A stretch of DNA of 64,000 nucleotides from Camelus ferus (taxonomy: Eukaryota): contig NC_045697.1 of the NCBI RefSeq assembly GCF_009834535.1, forward strand, positions 70,682,001 to 70,746,000, given 5' to 3'. The first letter of the stretch is position 1. The number at the start of each line of letters is the position of its first letter. Below the pieces are notes generated by a model. The model ran no database searches. It had not been told where the DNA came from and saw nothing but the letters and a program-made list of their open reading frames with translations. Below are positions 37,919 through 50,500 of this stretch, piece after piece. Made by a program: the position numbers and the translations under genes.

Positions 37919-39949
37919 AGAAAGGAAAATGTTATTTATGAGACTGTGCTGATTAGAAAGGGTGACACACTTGCATGTGTAAGAAGGTATACTTGCCCCT
38001 GTTTTTCCCATCCTTGCTCAGCAGCAGTTACTGCTGTCTTAGACTTGAGGGCTCTGTTCTGTTCACCTGACTTTCAGTTTCAACCTACAGTCTCAACTAA
38101 CGTGGCCATATTTTCCCCACCAGATGAAGTCTAGCTTGGTTTACCACAAGGAAAATTATATAATGAAGTTCAGCTGCTCATCTCGCCCCCACCTGAGGAC
38201 CAGCCCTGAAATTGGGGTGTCTCGTGCTATGTCAGTGTCACTTCAGCCTGACCCAACATCTTCCTGTTGACATTTGTGGATAAAAATCTCACAGAGCTCA
38301 CAACCAAGTCTGATCTAAGTTATGGTAGCATTCGACTGTAGGGGAAGTCGTCAGTTATTACGGTAGTATGCATTTGGAAGGTATTTACGTGAAAATAAAG
38401 GACAGAAGAGAAAAGCACTAGCAACTGCTGTTGTAAAAGTTAACGTATTAGACCAGTTGGCTACGCTGGATAATGTAATCAAAATACAGGCATAGTGGGA
38501 TGAAACTATTATATAGAAGACACAGAAGTGTATTGAAATCCTTATATACAAAGATGTCTTTCAGAAGCCTCATGCCACTTGAAACCTGATACATTATTGA
38601 CTCTTCTCACTAACAGATTTATTTCCTAGACGGTGATGAAAGCAACTCTGGGGATTGCTACTTTGAAAATTATTGCAAATAAAAAACGAAGAGCTGATTT
38701 TTAGTGTATAAGCACTGGCATAAAATCAAAGGAAGGATACATACAGGGGATAGTCTGATGTGTGCACTGGCCTTTTAGAAAAAAGCAGCTTCAAAATATT
38801 CAGAAAAGACATGAGTCTGTGTTCAGGAACTTAAAAGAATAGGGCGATTTAAAAAGGATAGGAATCTCTAAGAAAATAAATTCTGACAATTCAGTCATAA
38901 ATAATCTCCTAAAATAAGGGAAAGGAGGTGACTTCTAAGGAAATCAGTGTAGCTCTACAGGGAGTTATCTAAGAATGCAACATCATGGAAGAAGAGGCAC
39001 ATTTCAAAGTAAGAATATAAAGAAGTATTCTAACCAGAAAATTCATTACAAAAATATTAAAACACAGAAGAAGTTAGGGTTTGTGAAATATACTGAGGAC
39101 AACAAAAATGTCTGTTATTCTGTTTTGTATGAAAAAAGACCTTAAGGAAGGAGTAAGTAGTCTTGGCCCTGAGGCTGTAATGTTAAAAGGGAGAAAGGAG
39201 AACAAGTCAGCATTTATTTCACTCCTACTTCTCACGTGAAAGACAATGACCTTCAAAGTGTACAGGCTAGGACTTTGCCGAGAAGAAGTTAGGTTCAATG
39301 AAGGTGAGGAAGAGGAAATTAAACCTATGTTAATTGACAACTACTAACTGCCATGCATTTATTCAAAAATACTTTTTACGGAATTTACTACATGTTCTCT
39401 TACAGGCTCTGGGAACAATGAGTGAATTAATAAATAAGTGAGTTCAAAAGCTTTGATCACCAGTGAAATTTTATACACACATCTCATTCATTCCTAGGAA
39501 TTAAAAGGTATCATTACTTTTACAGAAGACGGAATCAATGCTAAGAGAAAGTCATTAAGCTGCCTGAGGAGGTAAGGCATATTTAGCAGAGACCCTGGAA
39601 AGGGGATCTAACCCTGTCTGACATTAGAAGTCATGTATTTTCTTCTTTCTATTCTGTGACTCTCTCTTAGGCAGAGAGTAAAAGTTCGTATGAGTTACAT
39701 CCTAGTGTGCAAAAGCAACTGCAGGTGTAGTTGTAGAATATTTGGTGGCATTTTATAAAACTGGAAATACAGCAAGTCCTAGGAAACCACAAAAGCACAA
39801 ATACTTGATTATTCAAAGGGGGGAATATATTCATTTCATAAACTACAAGTAGGCAAACTCAATGTAGATTTAAGAACAGATTTTTCACTAATGATATATG
39901 AACACTCAAAAATAATCATGAGCCTGTGTGATTTGCAGAAATACATACC

Positions 39950-40960
39950 ATATTTAATTTGAAAAACAGTTATTATGATTTCAGGAAGGTATTTGACCAC
40001 ATATGACAAATACTTCAACACAAGTAGTTTTTTATGACTTCATGTTTAATGATACAGGTGGATTTATGTGTTACTGGTTGAAAATCATCTCAAAAGATTA
40101 CTAGAACAAAGTCTAGTGATATGCCACAAGGCTCTGTTGTTGACCCTCTTCTAATTCATTTTAATCTACATCATAAATGAAGACATAGAGGCATATTTAG
40201 AAAACTTTTAGATGCAGAAAATTATGAAGAACAGCTAACACATTGGATTCTGAATAAAAATGCAAACAAATTTTGATAGGTCAAATAAAAAAAACATGAA
40301 ATTTAACAGAGAAATATAAAATTTTACACTGAGTTTAAAAAATTCAATACAAAGGGAAGATTTGTGCTTTAACATTTCATCATGGGGAAAAAAAGTCCCA
40401 GATGAATTTAATTATTACAAATCCAATTATAGGCAACAGTATAAAATGGCTTTTCATGAAGACAGGGCCATCTCAGCCTCATTTCTATTCATTGGCACGA
40501 CCATGCAAAATATATTTTAAGTGAGACATTGTCATAATAAAGTTCACGCAAAAGAGATAGATGCAAAGACTGGAAAGATCAATGAGTATTTTAACCAATC
40601 CCGTATCTCTACTGCTTAGCTGTGGGTCTGGAACAAAACCGGAACTCAGTAAGTATGTGTTTAATTGATAAGTCATGGACACCGTGTAACATGGGGCATA
40701 GATAAAGGAACTGAAAATTTTCACCTAAAGAAAAAAGGTTTAACAGAGTCATAACCACGATAACCACTGCCTTTGAGTAAAGGAGAGTTTATTATGTAAA
40801 AGATGGGTGAGATTGTTTATCTAGTAGTTTCACAGGAAGTTAAACATGTTTTTTTCCTGTGGCAAAATGAAATCTTTAAAAGGAACAGAAGTATCCAAAT
40901 TGGAATAATAGCCTCTCAAAGCATGAGCTCTCTGTTGGTGCAGGTGTTAAGAAGATGAAG
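39950..40960 (+). mobile_element. L3/CR1 LINE, degraded RT region
   Basis: GATTTCAGGAAGGTATTTGAC (DFRKVFD) and ATGCCACAAGGCTCTGTTGTTGACCCT (MPQGSVVDP) match the CR1 RT motifs DFxKAFD and PQGSVLGP; ATGAAATTTAACAGAGA follows. Confidence 0.8.
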
Positions 40961-41439
40961 GTCTTCAAATTAAAGGAAGACAGTGAAAGTGTGTCCACTG
41001 TGAACGCTTCCAATGGGAAATCTCTCTGACTCTATGTATAAATGTGGTTGGACTTTTTTTCTTTATTGTCTTGTGAATTTCTTATTTTTGTGGTTCACTA
41101 GTGCTAAAAGTGTTTCAGGGTGAGCTCTAAAATGCTTCATCTAAAGGACACTGGATTCAGTGGTTAGATCATCTTAAGTTCAGAAAAAGATTACTTTTTC
41201 AGTTGATAGCTGAATAATCAGTAAATCAGTAATCTAAATAAATTAGAACCAAAAAAAATGCCTTCAGTTTCAGAAAAGAGTTCAGAGCTAAGATGGATAA
41301 TTTTGACTGAAAGTGGGAGTTACAAGCAATGAGACCCCACTTTCAGAGGAGTCAGGTGTCACAGTGAACTGTGAACAGCTAGAGCTTCTAGAAGGCAGGG
41401 TGTGGCCTTCCCAGCACTGTTTCAGCTCCCTCTGCCTGC

Positions 41440-41620
41440 CTGTCACAGCTTTCATGGCAGATTGTAATCATCAATGACTTTTCCATATGCCCGTCTTCCC
41501 AGGGGGCTGTGAGCTCTGTAGGGGCAGAGACTCTTTCCCTCTGCCCACCAGAAGATCCCTAGCACCTAACAAAGTGCTTATCATATTAATTTCAATAAGT
41601 ATTTGTTGACTAAAATGCAT
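41440..41620 (+). mobile_element. L2 3' end
   Basis: CTGTGAGCTCTGTAGGGGCAGAGAC...CCCTAGCACCTAACA...CAATAAGTATTTGTTGACT. Confidence 0.8.
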
Positions 41621-43189
41621 GGATAAAGTATGGAATCCTCACTGTTTTAAAATCCAGTACCATACTTTATAGATAGCATTTTTTATTTTTGGAGTGGATT
41701 GTTTAGGACTTTATAGAAGGATGCTGAAAAAGGATACAGTGAAGCCATTTAAAGATCTGATTTGAAAACTTTCACTTATTTTCTAATAACTAGGATATTC
41801 TCTATTACGATACTATTATACACCTACTGTCCAAACATCATTCGCAGCTTTCATTTCATTGCTATCATCCAAAGAACTGTCTGGATACCTCTTAGCATTA
41901 GTAGTGATGACTCTATGAAGCAGAAGAAATGCTCATTTACCAATTCAACAAATGTTTGCTAACCAACGCTCTGCTCAAATGATGAAGATGGAAAAATGAA
42001 TAGGGCACAGGGCCTGCTTTTGGAAGTGTTCAGTGAAGCTGGAGAAGACGAATGTGTAATAGGTAACTATACCACCGTAACAGTGCGTGAACAAAAGTTG
42101 GTGCACATGAAAGGCATATCTGAAACAGATAAGGCACGGCAGATACATGAGGATACATTAAATAAATGAATACATATAAGGAGGAACTAATTGACTGAAA
42201 TAATAGTAGAAGAGGGGAGGAGCACAGGGTATTTTCATGATATATCTCTAAACCATGGATGTAGGCAGTTGAGCTTGCTAGGAGCTGGGGGAGCAGAGAG
42301 TAGCACGTAATGAAATGATGAAGAAGAGCTATGATTAGTCCTACCTTTGAAGAGTGCTTTGCTGACCACTAAGCTCACAGAACTCTCCGCTGTTACCGTT
42401 TTTCAAATGAAAATGAAGTTAGGAGATTAGCCCAGATCTCCTTGCTAGTGTAATGATAAGCTAGAACTGCAGCCCAGCATCTAATACCTAGAATTTTTCA
42501 CTCTTGTGTGAAAAAGGGGTCTTCAGAAGCGCTTAACTCATCGAAATGAATATTCTATGCACGTATCTCTTTTCTGTAAAATTACTTTGATTTCAAGGAT
42601 TTTATGCATAAAAATACTACCTAAATGGGAAAGATAAATTTTATATAACCACATTAATTCAATGCAGAAGCATAGTCTCCTCTGTCTTCCCCATCCTTCT
42701 CCTTATCTACCTACAAAATGATTTAGGAATATTATTCAAGCTGGAAGTACACAGCCTTTGCTTAGCATTAGCAAGAAAACCTACCTTGGATGTCTTTTTC
42801 TTTCTTTAAAAAAAAATGTAGATGAATGGTTTAGTTTCTTTTCATCATAGTGATGGTATTCTGAACTGATGGTCATGACAGATCTGTTCTTTGACCTAAA
42901 AAAAAAAAAAAAAAAAGACACTTTCAAGTTAAGTTGCTGTCATATACTGATTACCTGGACAGAGATAAAAAGAACAGTAACCATAATTATAAATATACTT
43001 GCTTCTGAGCTCAGAAGAATATTTGTAGGAGGATGGAAATTTGGACTGGAATCATAGCAAACTCCAAACCTTCTTTTCATGTCATAATTTCCATTTCTGA
43101 ACTTTTGAATCTCTTACCAAGAAGTTTTGGGGTTTATAAACACAAGTCAAAATGAAATAGAGATTATCTATGTACTTTAATGCCAAAAT

Positions 43190-43400
43190 TACTAGCACTG
43201 GTGTTAACTTAGGCTTTAAAGTTAGACAGACAATAGTTTTAGCTTTCTGCTTCCACAAATTAACTGTGACTATGAACAAGTTATTTAAAATTTCTATGCC
43301 TTAGTTTCCTCATCTGTAACTGGAGACATTAAAATTTTGGAGTTATATAAAACAGGTGTGGTGATTTTGATAAAGTGATTAGCACAGTGACTGCCATTAT
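43190..43400 (+). mobile_element. MIR SINE
   Basis: CTGTGACTATGAACAAGTTATTTAA...GCCTTAGTTTCCTCATCTGTAA. Confidence 0.85.
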
Positions 43401-44410
43401 ATTATCTGTTGTTATTGGATTCCAGAAAAAAAAAGGTTTTCAAAACTCAAGAATCAGCTTCATTTTAAGTTTATAAAAAAATGTTGGAAGATTCTGATAA
43501 TTCTTTAGATTAAATAATTGTCTATGGCTTCATTAGAGAATGAGATATACAACCTGAATTTGACTTTTCTATGTTGGTTCCTTAGATCATTTTACCTTTT
43601 ATCGTCAAATTTGCCAGTGCTAAAAAGGAAATGATAACATGCACTTGTATCTTAGAATTTTAAATCTAGAACAGATGATAGTATAACTAACTACAATTTA
43701 TTTATTTTATTGAAAAAGAAACTGAAAAGTAGAAACCAAAGAAGTTTCTATGGCAGTGTGAATTAGAAACTAGCAACAAATTTTATTCCAGTTTATGTTT
43801 TTGTTGGAAGAATAATTATGCATAAATTGGAAATAATACATCTAGTACTAAGTCTGGTTTTTATTTTTATAGAAAACTCTCTGTGCACATTTAGAGTCTT
43901 CATTCAAAATGATATTTTGGTTTATATCAACATTTCTAGACTTATATAATCAATCTATTCTATATTGTATTTCTTATATTGAGCACCTGGAATGGATTAT
44001 CTTTTAACACCCTTCCCCTATACAACAAAATTATTTTCAGTAATATTCATGAAATGAAATAAATTTCAAAATTTATTATAAGTCAAAAAAGAAGCATAGA
44101 TATAAAAATGTTTCTTTATTGAACTTTGATATGTAACTATGCAAATGGAAACAAATGAATTAAATGTCATAATTTAAAAATAATACTAATTAATACTTTA
44201 AAGTGTATTTAATGCATTTTTTAAAATAGAAAAATAATCCATAAATAGCATTTACAAAGAGAAAACTCTGCAACTTTCAGATAATAATTTGCAAATGGAA
44301 TGACGAATTAAAGTAACTATAAAGTTCTGTACCCTTAACTATACAATCACTGGGATCACAATGCTTAAATGTAGTGATTGGCAGAACCACCGAGACTGAA
44401 TAATCCAACT

Positions 44411-44612
44411 CAGTGCTGTCCTGGTGTGGACTCGTGTTTGCACAATGGCTATTGTGAGCATCTCTTTCCAATTCCTTGCTCAGTGACATCACATTGGCAG
44501 CTTGAGATTAGTTGTGGAAGGTCTCGTAAATACCAAAGAAATAAGGAAGGGCAACAAGTCAAGTTTATTTCTTCAGAGATCCAACTGTTAAACAGTTACT
44601 GGTACAACACAG
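44411..44612. mobile_element. MER63-like hAT element
   Basis: CAGTGCTGTCCTGG...CAGTGACATCACATTGGCAGCTTGAGAT...TGTTAAACAGTTACTGGTACAACACAG, with degenerate TIRs. Confidence 0.75.
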
Positions 44613-44869
44613 ATCAAACTCTACTCAAAATGAGTCCAAACTATTTCAAAAGTTTGAGGTTACTCTCAAAACAGTTTTCTGTAAGAAGTCCATAAAGTTG
44701 GGAGCAAGCTGTATAACTGGGGGATCTTTGAATTAATTTTCACAAAGATAGTGACATAACTGAAGAAATTGTTTAAAACTTAGATGGACAAAAGATGATT
44801 TAGAATTGTTGGCACATGATTATAAAAAACAGATTGATTTCAACCTTGTTTTATTATTGGTTTAATTTT

Positions 44870-45500
44870 TATTTTAAAAAATCAACTTCACTGACATATA
44901 ATTTATTTCCATGTATGCAAAGTGCATAATTCAGGGAATGCTAACAGTGGCACACACTGTGAATTATCACCTTCACCAATAAAATCACATTCCCCAAACC
45001 CCCAAAAGATTCTTCTTGCCCCTCTGTGGTAGATAGCTCCCATAACTCCCAGCTGTAGACAGCAGCCAATATAGTTTTTGTCACTACAGATTCATTTGCA
45101 TTTTCTATAATTTTAAATAAATTGAATTATATGCTATGTATGCTTTTTTTGTCTAGTTTTTTTTCCCCATGGAACATAATGATTTTGAAACTTATTCAGT
45201 ATGTTACATTTATCAGTAAGTCAGTTCTTTTCATTGCCAAGTAGTTTTCCATTGAATGCATATGTTTGGTTATCCATCCACATATTGATGGACACTTAGA
45301 TTATTTTTAGTTTCAAGGCCCTTGTCAGGATACATGTTTTCATTTCTTCGGGGTAAATTATTAGGATCGGAATATCTGAGTTTTACAATAGGTCTATGTT
45401 AGACTCATTTTCTTTAAAGTGGTGGTGCCAGTTTACATGCCACTCAGCAGTGTGGGACAGTTTTAGTTGCATCTTATCCTCATCAGCCCTTGGTTGGCTG
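44870..45500 (-). mobile_element. Ancient L1ME-like 3' end
   Basis: TTTGTCACTACAGATT...TTCATTGCCAAGTAGTTTTCCATTG...ATTGATGGACACTTAGATT. Confidence 0.8.
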
Positions 45501-46849
45501 GAACATTCATTCTCTCTCAGTAGCCAAAGTAAAATTCTCATAGACCTTACTGGAGCTGCCTGGATCACACAAATTTCCCAAAGCAACTCCTGGGCTTCCA
45601 TCTGCCCAGGCCTGCACCATGCTGTAGCTGGAACTAGAGTCAGCTTCACTATAAGCCATATGCTGAGAATTGGGAGGAAGTGGCTCCCAGAGGAAAACTG
45701 GGGCACTATTAGGGAAGGCTGAATGGATTCCAGGAGGCCAAAGATCAGCATAATTTGACTAATTTCATTATGTATAGAAAACTCTGCTAGAAGTAAGTGT
45801 TTTAAATTTAGAAATGTACAGTTAAAGGAGACATTTATTTTTAGTTGGAATAATAGTGCAATGAAACACAGCAACTAATAAACATGCTCAGGACATTTAG
45901 TGAAGAAACTGATAGGCAGGTGTTGGGGAAAATGTATTAAGGCCATTCCATTTCTTTCTTTTTTTGTTTGAAATTCATGGAAATCTGTCTATAAGGCAAC
46001 TGGGTATACTTGCTGAAGGCAGATGGTTGTGGTCTCTTGCTTGGTAGCATAGAAAGCTGGAGAAGGAGCTGCAGATGGCCTGGTGGGGGAGGCTTTAGAA
46101 ATGTATGTGAGACCAATGCTAACTTTAGGGTTCCCAGAACTTATGCAAATCTAAAACTTTTGGAATATTTGTTAACCTGACAACTGATAGTCCAGAACCT
46201 TTGAACATCACTGTTGTTATTCAATGGCTCTATACAAAGGACAAAGAAGGGAAGAGAGATGGGTCTGTCAACTTTCCCATTTTTCAGATGCTTATTATGT
46301 TAAGTCAACTCTGTGGGTACAGAATCTGAAGTCTGGTTGTCCCATTTTCACTCTTTACAAGTTGTGTGTGATTTCTGAAAGTTATTTAACTTAATGAGTA
46401 ATTTTATTAAATAAACATTCTGTACCTTACCACTTCCCGTCCCCCTTACCTTGCTCTTCTGACATTTTATGTACGTACACTTTTAAACTTATAGACTTTT
46501 TACTGTCTTTTTCTCTCCATCCTCTTACTAAAGTGAATATTTTATGAAGGAAGACTACTTTATTTATTCTCACTGTTGTATTCTTTTCACCGAGAAAACT
46601 TCCTGGCATGAAATAGGTACTTCAAAATATTTGTTGGATATTTTCTGCCTTTGTTTTGGATAGCCAGGGGAAAGTTAAAGATGAGAATAAGGGTTTTGCC
46701 TAACTTATTTAGTGATATATCTGAGTGCCTGAAACAGTGCTCAGCAAATAGTAGATTCTTAATAACCGTTTGTTGAATGAATTAGAAATATCCATTCTTT
46801 AATCCTTCTTTGTGAAGGAGACAAGGTTAATTGTTGAATAGGGAAAAGA

Positions 46850-47980
46850 AAGCAGGAGTTAAGGTGATCTAAAAGAGATGCTGAAGATTTGTAATAACTA
46901 TTGTGGGAGGTTACAAAAGTAGCCAATTAGAGACCCACAGAAGTATTTGCCAGCTGAAGAAACTGTATTTGTAGTTGTCACAGTCTACATGGTTATGTGA
47001 TTTCTTCTAACAAGGCTTAGCTAACAAGGACAAGGAAGCAGATGGTTCTGTCGACCTAACACCACCATCCTCTAAAATAATTGATCCCCTCTCTAATAAA
47101 AGCTGCTGTGATGTGTCATGGAATGTAGAATGGATAGGATGAAAAGTGACTTCTCTGGGGATGGAGAGACTGGGACAAAAGGCAAGAAGATGCGGTGGAG
47201 TCAGAGAGAAAGAATAGGGGGAGGAGTGAGAGACTGAAAATGTGATCCATTTTGTTGCAAAATATGATATTGGAATTTATTATTTTAAAAGTATTTCCAT
47301 TTCTAGATGGTAAGATTCAGCCTGAGACCAAGGTAAAATGTCAGCACAAAGTAGAATGATTTTGCTTGAGGTTCATACAGCATGGGGAACAAGCGGAGAA
47401 GGCCACGGAATAGAGAACTAGATTCTAGGTTGAGTTGTCAAGAGTTGGGCTGGAGATGTGGACTCTGAGTCATGTCCAGTATGTCCCATGGAGGTGAAAG
47501 TGACCGAGAAATCTATAGGTGACAGACTTTGAGAAGTAAATAGAAAGAGTGACAGATGGAGTAGGATTAAGGGTAGTAAAGAGAGACGACTAAAGCAGAA
47601 TAAGAAGAGAGTGGCCAGCTAATGGCATTAGGGAGCTAAGACAATGGAGCTGGAGTGGGAGGGACAAGTCAAACTGGGAAGCGAGATGACCAATTGCAGG
47701 CTACTGCAGTAGTATAGAGAGAGACATCAGTCATTTGAATTAGGGCAGCAGACGTGGAGGTGGTGAGGAATTGTCATTTCGGGGTCATTTTTTGAAAGTA
47801 AAGTCAACAGAGTTGACTGATGGAACTAGATGTACAACATGAAGCTCTTTGGTATTCGGTCTGAAACACGGGATGAATGTTAATAATTAAGTAGGCAAGG
47901 CAAAGGGAGAAGTCAGTCTGAGAAAGAAAGAAGAGTTTTGTTTGGACTTTATAAACTGAAGAAACTTATCTGACAGCTAT
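46850..47980 (-). mobile_element. L2 fragments
   Basis: GAGATGACCAATTGCAGGCTACTGCAGTAGT...AGAGTTGACTGATGGAACTAGATGT...GTTTTGTTTGGAC. Confidence 0.7.
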
Positions 47981-48101
47981 TCAAACGTTCACAGAAGTGC
48001 TGGGAACTGTCAACTGCTTTCATGTGCACCATGTCGTGTTATATTGTCTTATTGATCCAGTGGGGTAGATACTAATATTATTCTAACTTAACAAGTGAGA
48101 C

Positions 48102-48171
48102 TCACAATATTGTAAAATTATTATAAATCAATAAAAAATGTTAAAATAAATAAATAATTTAAAAAAAAAAA
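48102..48171 (+). mobile_element. 70-bp L1 3' terminus inserted in a minus-strand MIR (about 48020-48280), 12-bp TSD
   Basis: Insert CACAATATTGTAAAATTATTATAAATCAATAAAAAATGTT matches the young L1 end at 34780-34819. TSD is AACAAGTGAGAC (48090-48101) / AACAAGCGAGAC (48172-48183). Confidence 0.9.
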
Positions 48172-48307
48172 AACAAGCGAGACAGAGAATTAGAGGAATA
48201 ATGTCAAAGTCATATAGCTAGAAAGCCTCAAAGGGAATAACTGAACCAAGGCTGACTACAGAGCACTAACTCCCAGTCACTAGCCATACAACCAAAAACC
48301 CTCCTGA

Positions 48308-48790
48308 CAGAGTGGATCCAGGTTACCTGGTATCTAAAGAACATGCAATCTGGGGAGCCTTCTGTAAGAAACAGAATGCAAATTGACAGCTACAGAATTA
48401 GATATGGAAGTAAATATTTAGGATGAGAAAAAGAATTGTAACAACTTTTATGCTTTAACATCTGTGCAATCCCACTGGCATCATAAAATCTAGAAAATTA
48501 ACATAATTCTTAAAGGTTAACAAGTGAACACATTTCTACGATATTTTTCCTATATTTTTTGCCTGCAAAATAAAACTTTGAATCTTTGATTCTATCTTTC
48601 TACAACAACGATTTCATAATGCCATTTTCTGTAGAAAAAATGAAAGGTAAATTCGTTGTGCATCTTTTATGATTAAAATCGATCAATTTTTAATTATTGA
48701 TAGTTTTTAAAAATTTCTTTCAGATTCATAACTTAGTAACACTGTAAATGTGCAGGGTTGTTTGGGAATTTATTTGGGAAATCTAGGAAA
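48308..48790 (-). mobile_element. Zaphod-like hAT 3' fragment
   Basis: GGATCCAGGTT...GCAATCTGGGGAGCC...AATATTTAGGATGAGAAAAAGAA resembles the reverse complement of the 18900-19215 end and parallels 50207-50330. Confidence 0.7.
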
Positions 48791-50206
48791 ATATTCAAGT
48801 TGGCAATATCAGATAACCAAGTAACACGTTGTTAGAGCTTCTTCCGAGGCCTTTCAAAGTGTCCATGCATGTGATTCCACCTATGGCACTAGTTTCTTTC
48901 CAGCTAATTGGGGAAAGGAGGGACCGAGCAGGGAAGCCTGTGCTTTGTGTGGTGTAACCTGAGAGTTACCCTTCCAGAGTGGTCAGAGAGGGGATTGGCT
49001 GCTTCCTCAGAAACTCACCCGCCTGGTAGAATTATCAATTCTCCAACTGTGAAGTGAGAGCCAGGAGGTGAAAAAGGAGAAGCCTGGAGAAAATGATCCT
49101 TGCTTAAAATTCCTCAACAATCATTTTTTAAAAATATTAAAATTGACATTACTTTTACTTTTTCTATTTCTCTCCCCCACCACCCAGCCATGAACCAATA
49201 AAAATAACCTACTAAATATTTATCTTGCTAAAACTTTCTATTATTTTTAAGTATTTCCTGTTTGAATGCTGAGTGTAAATAGAAATGATACATATTCTCT
49301 TTATAATTAACTAATCAATACTAGAAAACCCTGCCACGATTATACTGCTCTGAACACTCTGTCATAAAACTGTGATCAAACTTGAATTGTGCATGGTTTC
49401 CTTTCTTCATTCAGTTAATTTTTCTCTGCCTGAAATAAGGAAATATCCAGGACCCTTTCTGCTATGGTGTAGTAGCTGTGAAATGAGAATAAGGTGGTTT
49501 ACTTTTTTATATCCTTGAGCCTGAAAGGTAGATGAGGACTGGAATAATCATTACAAAAGAGTGACTGTTTGTCAGGTTTGGAAAAATATAAGGAACTTAA
49601 AGAAAAAGAAATAGCATGAGGTTTTTTTTTAAAGCCAGGAAATTGGTATAAAAATGGTCTCTAGGATGTTAGGAATCCCATGAAACCCACTTTTCTTTCC
49701 ATATGGTTGGTAAGCTGAAAGGTATCATGGGGGCACATTGATTCAATTTACCATGCTTAATGGAATTTCTGAATTCAGTCCAACTAGTGGCCAAGTCCCC
49801 CCAGCCCAGGGCTCCATGTCATTCTTTAATTGATATTTCAGAGTGCCCAGACTCAATGCTCCCACTTGCTCACGTCAGCAGGAGGCCCAGTCTATGTCAA
49901 CAAGTCCCATGGGTACCTACTGTCCTAGTTGCTTGCTGATGGATCCTAAATTCCATCTCGTCCTAGAGCTCTCAGGAGTCTTCACTGTGGCCGTTCCCAA
50001 AGCCATCAGCCTACAGAGGAGCTTCCTCTGTCCCAAGAGCAGGAAGTCACTGAGCCCACAGGAGTTGGGCCCACAGTGTCCCCTGCTGCACCTGAGCATC
50101 CTCTATGATCCCAGAGCTGCCCGTTCATCCTGGACTAAAAGGGTGGTAGGAAAGCAAAAGGATCTCTGAACTAGGTCTCTGGAATCACAAAGTGCAGGCC
50201 CACATG

Positions 50207-50500
50207 CAGGGGCACTGACAGGTTTGGGTGGGCACTAAATCTTATATAATTTAAGAGCCATCTTTCATAAAAAGTTATGTTTTAGATACAAAATTAGGTA
50301 CAGAGGTAAATATGTATTTAGAACATGGAAATACCTCATAACATGTTGCAGAATCTTTAGGATTCAGGTCCATTTCTTTTAAGATTTACTTCAGGCAATT
50401 TGCCAGAAACTTTTCATACAAATGGTCCCTGAGTACAGTCTGAGTAAGTGTGAGTCCCTGAAAGGGAAGCTCTGTCGGCTTCATGATAAATTCACCTCTG
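50207..50500 (-). mobile_element. Zaphod-related non-autonomous hAT element with both termini
   Basis: Ends CAGGGGCA... and ...TTCACCTCTG form an imperfect TIR. The reverse complement of the right end (CAGAGGTGAATTTATCATGAAGC) resembles 18118-18142. Confidence 0.75.

Noticed and set aside
45383..45874. Longest ORF in the track (163 aa)
   Set aside because: It partly overlaps degraded L1M, has no recognisable domain or supported splice structure, and is of a length expected by chance.
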